From Mytilus trossulus (Eukaryota), in the NCBI RefSeq assembly GCF_036588685.1, contig NC_086376.1, positions 80,269,630 through 80,333,629 on the forward strand: DNA of 64,000 nucleotides, in the 5' to 3' direction. The first letter of the stretch is position 1. The number at the start of each line of letters is the position of its first letter. Below are positions 29,401-41,400 of the stretch, one piece after another. The notes under the pieces were generated by a model. It was not told the origin of the DNA and did not search any database. It worked only from the letters and a program-made list of their open reading frames with translations. Position numbers and translations under genes: made by a program.

Positions 29401-32400
29401 ATCAAATTTTTGACAAAATATAGGTTTGTTTTTGTCACAAAATTGATGTGGTCAAAGATCTAACAAATCTATTGCACAATACTGTGCAATTGAAGATTTC
29501 TTCTTTGAAACTTTTCAAAATTCTAAATTTGAAAAAAAGGAAGCCCTTCAAAAAATGGTAAACAAAAAATCCCCCTCCCAACTTTTTGAAACCCCCTTGG
29601 AGCAATAACCCTTAAACTCAATCCCATGCTTTCCATTGCAGTATTGAACCTTGAAGTACAATTTCAGAGAGATCCATACACTTAAACACAAGTTATTGTC
29701 ATGATTGTTTGGAAACTAGAAACATGCTTCTTTTTGGCCCTTTTTTGGCCCCTAATTCCTACATATTTTGGGCAATTAACCCAAAACTTAATCCCAGCCT
29801 CCCTTTTGTTATATGGTACATTGTGAAACAATTTCATACAATTTAACATATTAAGTTATTGTCTTGAAACTAGAAAAATGCTTGTTTTGACCCTTTTTTG
29901 GCCCTTAATTCCTAAACTTTGGCCCCATAACCCCTAAAATGAATCCAAACCTTCTACTTGTGGTTTTAAACATTGCGGTATGATTTCAGAGCAATTGAAA
30001 TACTTCTAAACAAGTTATTATCCTGAAACTAGAAAAATGCTTGTTTTGGGCCCCTTTTGGGCCCCTAATTCCTAATTGGTTGGGACCATCATCCCCAAAA
30101 TCAATCCTAACCTTCCTTTTGTAGTATTGAACCTTCTAAAAAAAAATTATGAAGATCTATTCACTTAAACTAAAGTTATTATCCGGAAACCAATGTGTCT
30201 TCGGACGACGACGCAGACGACGACATCATACCATTATACGATCCAAAAATTTTTTTGGGGTCGTATAATAAAAACCTGATGAGCCTAAAGGAGTAGATAA
30301 TCCTTGCTCATTCAAGGCTTGGTATAAATAAAACATTTACCTGTATTTTAGAGTCTTGGATGTCTTCAACACTATAATCTGTACCATACCATTTTTCTTT
30401 GATGTTAGTTTTATCTTCAAACTTCTTACTTACTACAAAGATCCTGAAAGTGATATGTTTTCAACTTCAATTCTGCCTTGAACTCAAAGATCTATCCATA
30501 ACATTTAAAAAAAAAATAAAAAAATCCAAAAACCTCAAATGCAGAATATAATTAAGATAACAGAATTATTTAACACTTGGTTTTTATTAAATATCAGATT
30601 GGAATCCTGATAACAGTTGCCTAGTTATAAAAAAAGTCTTAGATAAATGGGTAATTTTTCCATGGGAGACAGATGATGCCCCCCTTGTATATCACATTAA
30701 GTTATAAAGGAAAATAACCGAAGAACAGTAAAAAAGAAGCTTCCCAAATATGTACTTGATCTGAGTTTATTGGTAATAAGTATTGTGTATATGTTCCAGA
30801 CCATATGAGTATTTGGACCGTACGCGTACGGTCCGGACAGTATACATATACTCGTACAGTCCGACTATACGCGTACGGTTGGACCGTATGAGTATAAGCG
30901 TACGGTCTGGTACGAGCTGACATACATGTTATTTTATCATATGGGTAATTAATTAAATTGATACAAGCATTTATTATACTAGTGATTTTTAGTTTAACAA
31001 ATTGTTATTGATAATTTATTACAATTAGATAAAATGAACAAACGAACAATTGAAATTAAGTATTTGTTTAATTGTAAATCTGAATTCTATTTTGGTACTA
31101 TCGCCCAAGGTGACACAATTCAGGAAACGTAATATTTTTTACATTTTCATGATGCAGTTAATGCATGTTCCTTTGCATTTGGATTTTGTGGTAAAGTTGC
31201 TAAATATTCTAAAACAATTGAACTCCCACATTATATTTACTTCCGATATCTTCAATTTCAGTGTTCATAATACAATTAATGTAGTACTGATCGACATGCT
31301 TAATGATTAACATATCTAATTAACGTAAATTAGAAAAAGTTAAAATATAAAGTATTTGTTTCAATTACAATTGAACTTTTTTATATTAATTTGATAGTTA
31401 AGTTATGTTGATCTGCTATATGCATTTGTATCTAATAAACCTGACCATCTTTTTTAATAGTAGTCAGACCGTACACGTACGGTCGGACCGTATGAGTATA
31501 TTGAAAAAGGACGCATACAGTCCAGACCGTACGCGTACGGTCCAAATACTCATACGGTCTGGAACATATACATCTCAAAACATTTTGTTGAGGCAAACTT
31601 TAGTGAGAGAACATAAACTTAAAATTCAGCAACTTTTCCCTTTGTAAATGATCATAACTCTGGAACAGTTAAAGTGACACCACAAAAATTCAAACTTCAT
31701 CTGTGTTTTGTGGCAATAAGCATTGTGTATAAGTTTCCTAACATTTGGTTGAGGTAAACTACAGTTAGAGAATGGAAAACCAAAAATTCAGCAAGTTTTA
31801 TGATTATACAGGGGCATAACTCAAGAACAGTATAAGTGACACCACCCAATTTCAAATTTGATATATATTACCAGGTCAGAAACATTGTGTAAAAGTTTCA
31901 TAACATTTGGTTGTGGCACCATCTTTAAAGGGGTATAACTCTAGACCAGTTGATGTGCAGCCACCAAAATTTAAACTTGATCTGTGTTTTGTGGTAATAA
32001 GCATTGTGTATGAGTTACATATTATTTAGTTGAGGCAAACTAGAGCTAGAGAATGAAACCAACTTTGGGACTTACAGACATGCCTACAAATGGACAAAGG
32101 TAAAACTCAACATGGTTGACTGTGTGCACATTTTCAGAATGAAGCACATACAAATTTTACTTTGGTCAACCCTTTTACACACCAATAAATTTACAAAATG
32201 AAGCATTCAATTCTTAATTTAGAGCACATCTGGGGGTTTTCAGCTTTTGTAGTCTATTCATGCATTGGGAGGTCTGAACCTTAAACATATCTTAAACTAA
32301 AGTCACCTTAGACCCAGAGTGCAATCTTACCTCATTCTATCAGGCTGAAGTTTGTCCAATACCATTGTGACCAAATCAGGTTGGAATTCTGACATTAAGT

Positions 32401-35400
32401 ATGGTCCACTTAACACTTCAGATAAACTGTATTTCTGAAGAAAAAAATCAGATTTTATTCAGGGACGGTGTGGTAAGCATATCTTTTGATACCTTTACCT
32501 GAAATGCACATTGTAGATAGGTTTTTCCATACGTATACCAAAAACATTTATCGTTTTTACATTTCTTTTCCCTATCTTAAAGTTTTTTCTACAAATAATG
32601 AAAGGCTGTTTTTAAAACAATACAATATATATGAATTACTTGTTTGTCTCTAAAATGTACGAATAAGGAGATTAACTTACATGTATAAGGCCAGCAACTT
32701 GTGTTGTGTAGTTTCTTGGCTTTTCCTTTCCTTTGAATCTAAATGTCATTGCACTCAAATCCTTAAATAGAAAATAAGGTCAATAATTCTGTATATCAGA
32801 AATCCTTAAATTGGTGACGCCATAAACTGTATAAAAATGAAAAGGTATGATTGACTGGCTGAATTTGGTGATGTTGGAAATGGCATTTATCTAATATTTT
32901 GTTTATTCAATCTGCAACTTTTATAGATTTGGAGAAAAAAAAAATGTAAAATCACAAAAATACTGAACTCAGGCCCATACATGTTGTGATTACTTTTGTT
33001 GTTTGGCTGCTGTCTCAATTACATACTCCACATCACCTTTCATTTACTGTTTCATTTTGAGAGAATGTACTTTCTTTAGAAATGATTTTTTTTTTATTAA
33101 ATAAACACAATTTCTTCAACATTGATAATCAACAACTGTCATTGCTTATTTTAAAAGTACCCTGTTTGTGTCAACTGGAGTGTGTGAGGTTATACAGAGC
33201 AGGTTTTGATATAGACTCAATACACAGAACAGAAAACTGCATTCTAAATAATTCCCCTGTGTTCTATATTGATTCCATTGACTGTTGATCCCTTACCTTA
33301 CCAAATATCCATGGTTTAGGGCATTCCCTCTTCAACATGTCAAAGTACTGATGTCATCAATGTGTTTTATATTGGTTATATCATTGGTTGATGCCTTACC
33401 TTACATTCATCAAATATCCATTGTTTAGGGCCTTCTCTTTTCAACATGTTAAAGTACTGATATGTCAAAGTTATGATGTCATCAATATGTTCTGTAACAT
33501 ACAAAGGGAAATAACTATGAAACAAATGAAACACAGCTGAAATCTAAATTGTTGTTGAAATAACAAATATTATTCAAAATTAAAAGTTATTTAGTTTTTC
33601 TATTCTAAAGTAGATAAGACAAAAGTGTCTGTACTTTATTTTCAGCATTAACATTAGACAGTTCAAATCATAAGAGTTTACTTTTTTTAGACATAGAATC
33701 TATTATATTGTAAATATTCTTCTAATGTTAAGATTTCATCCATTCTTTTTAATGTTAGTAATTTATTTCCATGTTGTTAATGGTTGCCTTTTTCATATTT
33801 TCCAAAAAATAATTGTCACATTCTATAATTACCTTGTCCTTCTTCAGTTAGATCAACATCAACCTTAAAGAACATAAATCCTTTGGCTCCTGGTGACTGA
33901 CCTCCACATAAGGTATTTACCCAACCTATAAAAGACAATTATTTATACAATTTACATAGTCTATTCCAATAATTTTGTTTTTCTGATAAACATGTGCATT
34001 CCTATGACTAAATAAACACACTCACTGGACATACATAATTGCTGGTCATCAGTATACTCCATTTATCCAAAAACTACTTCTACACACAAATCATTACAGT
34101 CTAACAATTCACTGTAATGAATAGACTTAAAGAATTTTACTGATATTTCAATGTAAGATTCTCATAAAATACATGTGTTTCCTGTTTCCAGTTCCACTCA
34201 AACTTCTTTAGTTTATGCTCAAAACACAAAAAGGGTAAACCATTTTGAATGTTTTGGTCAATTCAGATTTTTATCTTTTAGTGGTTTTTAAGATGTAACT
34301 TGCATTTACCCTTATGTTCTGATTTTTAGTACAGATCTGCATGATGGTTGGTATATGGGATCAACAGACACATTTTTTCAAATTAAATATCCCAATGATA
34401 ATTGTGGCCAAGTAGGGTTAAATTTGGTTAAAAATTATGGATGAAGGAAAACACATGACAGGTGATGGGAAAAGCTTTCATTGTACTTTGGTCCAGGTAT
34501 TTATTTGCAGTCTTCTTTTGTTACGAGACCATACAGCATGTTTAGTAAATGAAATTAATACTGACCTCTGTTTTTAAGTTCAGACAACAGACTTCCTTTT
34601 CCTTCATGGCCTACTAAATGCCCTAGATAATGACCTGGCTGTAATAAATGTAGAAAAAAGTCATGTATAATATGACGTTATTTTTTTTTAAAGTTGATGT
34701 TTTTTTAAATTATTTAACATTTCACAGCGGTTTTATACTTTTACTTTAATCATCACTTATTTTTATTTACTATGTATTTACATTGTATAACAGATCACAT
34801 TCATTGTGTGTAAATTTGTGTAACTCAGTTTTTTTTATTGAGTTAAGTCATTCCAATTGAAATTTGTTAGTGTGCCTTTTAATGTTGTGATGTTATACAA
34901 TTTTTACAGAAAAGGGAGAAGGTTTGGTACCATTAAAACGTTTAATCCCGCTGTAATTGTTTGCACCTGTCCTAAGTCAGGAATCTGATGTTCTGTGGTT
35001 GTCGTCTGTTAATGTGGTTCATACACGTTTTTCGTTTTAATATAGATTAGACCGTTTTGTTTTCCTGTTTGAAAAGTTTTACACTAGTAATTTTTTGAAA
35101 CTTTTATAGCTTGCTGTTCGATGTATGCCAAAGCTCCATGATGAAGGCCGTACTTTGACCTATAATGGTTTACTTTTATAAATTGTTACTAGAATGAAGA
35201 TTTGTCTCATTGGCACTCATACCACATCTTTCTATATCTATGTACACAAATTTGAAAGAAAAAACCAAGAAAGAAAACATTTCAGAATAAGAAATTAAAA
35301 CAAAATGTGTGTCTGTCAAGAGAACATTTAAAAAGTAAAAAAACAGCGAAGATGAAGCATGTCTTTTATCAAAGTGCTTATTTATTTAGAGATGCACCAC

Positions 35401-38400
35401 TTACTTATCAATAAAAAGTTTTTTAAAGTCCTTTGAAAATAATAGAAAAATTCTTTTGTGTAAACATAAAAGAAATTAAAAGAATAATACTCACTCTCTA
35501 TACAATCTCAACTTTTTACATTTTTTATCTTAACAAATATTCAATATTGATACTTACATTACATTTAAAATAAGGATGTAGATCCATGATAGGCCATGAC
35601 ATGGAGAGATTCCTTACATCTTTCACTGGAACTGTATAGGCTATTTTCTATCAACAGAAGAAGTCAAATACATTGAATCTATTTGAATGTTAACACTTTA
35701 AAATCCAGGTGGTTTTTTTTTTAATTTAATTATTAATTGGCTAAGATGCAGCTTAAGATTTCAATTTTTTTAATGAGGCTGTTGTTTTTCTTTATATGAC
35801 AAAATAACACACAATTAATTCTATCTTATTGAATTTGCCAACCCCATGTATATTGTATTAAGTCACTATCACATTGTGTAAGTAATAAATTTAATAAATT
35901 TCTAGAATTAATTAAATTGATCATCTTTTCATAGATATAAAACATACCTTCATTTGTGCTGGACCGACTGGATGATCCTTCCATTCAGGAACAACAACGT
36001 TCATGTTTTCTACATTAGCTATCAGGGGAACTACCATTTCTGTTAATTCTTCAATTGATTCTAAAAAACATAACATTAATTCAATTTCAAATATACAAAA
36101 ATGTCAATTTAACAATTTTGAAATTGTAAACAAATCAAAATTTAAGCCTGTCAAACATTGATTCATAATTAAAAAAATAATGGACATTTTAGGGGAAATC
36201 TACAAGGGTGTCTTTCAAATTCTCAATTATTTTTTTTAATTGACAGTATGCTAAATAAATATGAATTGAAAGAATTTGAATTGCTTGAGCCAAAACTTTA
36301 AAAGAATATTTATGTCTGATATACCAAATTTAAAATATATAGTTCCCACCATACTTTTATGTGATTTTCTGTTTTAGCTTCTTTAATTATTATGTTAAAA
36401 GCAGCAACCTTTCATTAATTCCATAGTTCATGTGATAGACATTGCAGGTCACAACTTTTTCACATAGAGAAAAGATTTTTCAAACTGTAAAAAGTAATGA
36501 TTTTACTATATTGAACTCTTTTTGTATAATTTGACTGACCTTTTCCAAGTACACAAAGTCCCATGATATTTGAGGAATAATATCCATCATGAAATTTCAG
36601 CAAAGCATCCCGTACATTTACACCATTAGATTTTGGAATGGTGTCAAGAGTGTCCTTATTACCTGAAAAAAATACCATTAAAAACCACACTTAAAATAAG
36701 TTAAGCTTTTTAAATAATAGAAGAATGTGTTCATGAACCACAGATGTCCCCACTTGTAAACATGTAAGAGTCGCTGTACTAATTTAAACCCATGCATAAT
36801 GTTTTATTTTCATTGAAATTGAAGGACATCTATTTTTGTATGTTGAGTGTGCAAAACATCAATTTGACCATTTCCCATTTGTAAAGGACTGAACACAATT
36901 TTATATCATATATATTTTTACTTACCAGTCAAGGAATATACATAAGGATTATCTCCCTTACAACGTTCTCATAACTCGCAACACCTGGATGATTTCAAAC
37001 ATCTATCTAACATTGATCATCCGGGTGAATGCCTCCTCAGTTTATCTTTCGGCGGCAACAAAATAAGACGTTCTCACTTTGAGACTTTCTATAATAGTCT
37101 TGTCGTTGCAAATTTTTATTTATGTACGTTTAATATTATCGTCCGCTCATATTGGACGATGGCTGAAGAATATATACACTCACTGACTTACGCAAATGCT
37201 GAAAATTTAGATTCAGATAGTGCAGGTGAAACGCCAACGGGTGATTTTCTCGTGAAAAAAATGGCGAGGACAACAAAAGACGCTTCTTCAAAGAAAAAGA
37301 AACGTGTGTCAAAGACGGCTGAACTTGAGAATAAGTTAAACAGTATGGAAGACAGGTTTGATAAGAAAATGGATATGTTATTTGCTGTTATGAACAAGTC
37401 ATGTGCTACTATAGGTAGTTCGACTGTTGCACAGGTTTCTCAATCTGGTGGTTTAGCCACGCAGAGAGAACAAAGTTCGGATAACGTCCCAAGTACAGGG
37501 GAGCGTAGACCGGTAATTTCTTTGAATGCAAATCTTGATGAGGACTTGGGAAGTCCTAGAATTATCAGAAATATTGATTTTGACAATAGGTCAGAAATTT
37601 CTCTTCATATAGACAGTCGTGAAAAGGCTGATTTACTTGGTTTATGTTCATCAGAGGATGAATATTCTCGTGGCCTCAGTAGTCCTGTTTATTCTCAGGC
37701 TGGCAATAAATCTAGAAATGTTGAAAGATTTAGTCAATATCTACAAACTCAACCTACTATTAGTAACAATGTTGAAAGTCAGTCAAATCAGAGACAAACA
37801 AGTAACATTGATAATAATAACAATAAAACTGTAGACAAGCAGTCAGATAATTTAAATTTATTGTCTAAACTTTTCAAGGAAGATATTCCTTCAGAATCTT
37901 CTGATAATTCTGGTGGCTTGATCATTGATGAGGCACAGGTTAGAATTCTAGAACGTTCCTGGAGAACTAAAAATCCAGAGAAACTTACAGCTTATAAAGA
38001 TGAATACCGTAGTTGTTTTCCGGTTAATGATAAATCTAAAAGCTTTTTACAAGTACCCAGTTTGGATGATTTATTAGAACCAATGATAAGAACTGTTCAT
38101 GGTACAAATAGTGTTAAGTCATGGGACAAACATAAGCAGTTGGTTACTCAACCTTTAAAACAGATAGAGAATCTAGCCTATCAAGGGCAGGTGGCTTCAC
38201 GTATGGGTATTATATCAGTGTTGTATATACAACAAACATTAGGAACCTTATTAGAGAGGGTTGAAAATGAAAATGTTAGTGATGAAACTTGTCAAATGGT
38301 GAAGGACTTGTTTGCAATTTCGACAAAGTCTCTTGATCAGGTTGGACGCACAGGTGCGTTTAACCATATGATACGCAGGAAAGCTGCAGCTACTGAGTCT

Positions 38401-41400
38401 GGTTTAAATAACTTGAAAGATATACAGACTAAAGTTTTGTATTTACCTCTTTCGAATGAAGGTGTATTTGGTAAAGGTTTGGAAGACAAACTTGAGAAAC
38501 GTAAAGAACAACGTGAGCAACTAGACGATCTGTTACCAGAGTATAAGAACAATAATAAGAGAAAGTTTGAATCTACTCAGGTGCGTCAAGATTGGCAAAA
38601 TAAAGCTCCTAGATATAGTTCTAACAATAGTTATACTCATGTTAATTATAACAATGATAATTCAGCTGATAAACGTTCAGGTTTTAGTTATAATAAATCT
38701 TCTGTGAGATCTGCTCCTAGGAAGTTCCAGAAAGACAATAAAGCTGATGACTTTGGGAAAAAAGATGAAGAAAAGAAAACAGGTAGCAACTGGAATTCTT
38801 TTCGGATCCCAAAGAAAAACAGTAGCTGACTCAGAGTTAAAGGTAATAATTTATCAGAATCAGGCCGAGATACCAGTTGGGGGTCGTCTAAGATTTTTTT
38901 CGAGACAATTGGTAAAAAATAACAGACGATCAATGTCAATAATAGCAGAGGGTTCTAGAAATGCCATTTTGGACAGGCATACGGAAAACCTCTGTGTCTT
39001 TAAAAGACTCGGATATTTTAATCCAAGAAATAAAGACTATTATAGGAAAAGATGCTATAGAACCTGTTCGCCAGCAAGATGCAGCAACAGGTTTCTACAG
39101 TACATTTTTTTTTTTTTTTTTTTTTTTCTAGTCCCCAAAAAGAACGGGACAATGAGACCAGTAATAAATCTCATACCCCTCAACAGGTATCTCAAGAAAT
39201 ACATTTCAAAATGGACACTCTCCTAAATTCACTAGGTTTTCTCATCAACAGAGAAAAATCAAGTCTAGTGCCAATTCAAAACTTGATATACTTAGGGGGG
39301 CAGTTTCATTTGGACAAGGGACTTGTTTGCCCAACTCAGGAAAGAATAGACAAATTGAATATGGCAATACTAGTTCTTTCATCAGGGAATGCAGTGTCAG
39401 CATTTCACTTCCTACAATTACTAGGCATAATGACATCTTGCATAGAGTTAATTCCGAATGCACGCTTGTTCATGAGACCGGTTCAACTACATTTCCTCTC
39501 ATTTTGGAGACCAAGTTGTCAGGATCTTTCCATAAAGATACCAGTTACACCACATCTGAAATCACATCTCAGTTGGTGGAAAGATTCAGCAAACACGCTG
39601 AGAGGCCAATATTTTCAACTGGCTCAAACTTCTGTAACCATAACGACAGATGCTTTGAAAACCGGGTATGGGGGTTTTATGAACAATCAAATTTTTCAAA
39701 GGAAATGGTCAGAAATGCAGAGCAAGAAACATATAAATTCCCTAGAATTGGAAGCAGTGTTTTTAACGTTGAAACACTTCCTAAATCAGTTAAAAGGTCA
39801 ATATGTTCTGATAAGATCGGACAATACCACAGTGGTCCAATATATAAACAAACAAGGGGGGACGAAATCGCCCACTTTTTGCTACCAAACATGGGATTTA
39901 TGGAATCTTGCAATTCAAAACAATATTCGAATGAAGGCTGCTCATATAACAGGGAAATTGAACATTTTAGCAGACCAACTCAGTCGAACCAAAATTCAAC
40001 ATACAGAATGGTCTCTGAACAAACTTGTGGTTCAGAATCTATTTCAAATTTGGGGAACTCCTCTCATAGATTTATTTGCCTCAATAGACAATCGTCAGAC
40101 AGAAATTTTTTGTTCATGGATCCCACATCAGAAAGCCTTAGCTCTGGATGCTTTGACAATTTCATGGGAGAGAATGTACGCCTATGCTTATCCCCCAATT
40201 TATCTGATCCCAAAAGTCTTGCACAACTTTTCAAGCTGACTGCATGGCTTCTATCAACGAACGGTTTACAACAGAAGGCTTTTCTAAAGGGGTTAGAGAG
40301 TTACTCTCCGCCTCATGGCGAAAAGGTACTCAAAAAGATTACTACTCAAAATTCAGAAGGTTCAATAGCTGGTGTAGTACAAGGAAAATTGATCCCTATA
40401 AAATATCTTTAAGTCAGATTGCTGATTTTTTATCGTATTTATTTGATAGTGGTTTGCAATACAGAACAATTGCAAGGTATCGCTCAATGTTGTCCACGGT
40501 ATTACCTCCAATAGATAATTTCCAAATTGGATAACATCCTAAAATAATTAGATTGATTAAAGGTGTTTTCAATACAAGACCTCCAGTTGCAAAACTATTA
40601 CCTGAATGGGATTTGCACGTAGTATTAAGAATGTTAGAAAATAGTCCTTTTGACAATGTTAAACAAATGACTTTAAAAGATTTGACTTTAAAAACTGTAT
40701 TCTTAACTGTCATTACTACTTTCAGGAGATGTAGCGATCTGCAGGCACTAAGAACGGATGAAGGCTCCATGAGAATACAGACTAAAGGAATTACGTTTAT
40801 AGACATGGCCTAGCCAAACAGGATAGGGAGAAACATTTTGGAGCAAAAATTTTCATACCTACATACACTGAGAATACCTTTTTAGATCCACGGAAAAGTC
40901 TGTTGCAATATTTAGATAAAACAAAATCGTTGCGTAAAAAATTACAACAGGACCAAAGAGTGAAATTATTTTTTAGCTTTATGTGAACCTCACAATTCAG
41001 TTACCTCTCAGACAATTTCACATTGGATTGTTCAAATTATTAAACAGGCTTATTCTGATTCTGAATATCCAGGGAAAGGGAAAATACATGCGCATTCTAC
41101 AAGAGCTATTGACCCAACTTGGGCATTCTTTAAAGGAGCATCTATCAATTCGATCTTAGAATCTGCAGATTGGAGTTCAGAATCTACCTTTAGTAGATTT
41201 TATTTGCGTGAATTAGATGTAAATGTGTTACAGAAAATAGACTAAGTTGATATTTTCGGCGAGTTGCACAGTATGTTTTTGTTATTCATTAAAATGTTAG
41301 TGGTGGAAGCATTTTAAATGGTGGAAGTATTTTGTATGTTTTTAAATATGAACATGAACTACATTTCAACTTATGATGAAGTTTGAAATGACAAAGAATC

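Noticed and set aside
30276-30311. CTGATGAG followed by a hairpin (hammerhead-like); similar motifs at about 23607, 44233 and 50220
   Set aside because: There is no GAAA after stem II, and most of these lie within interspersed repeats.
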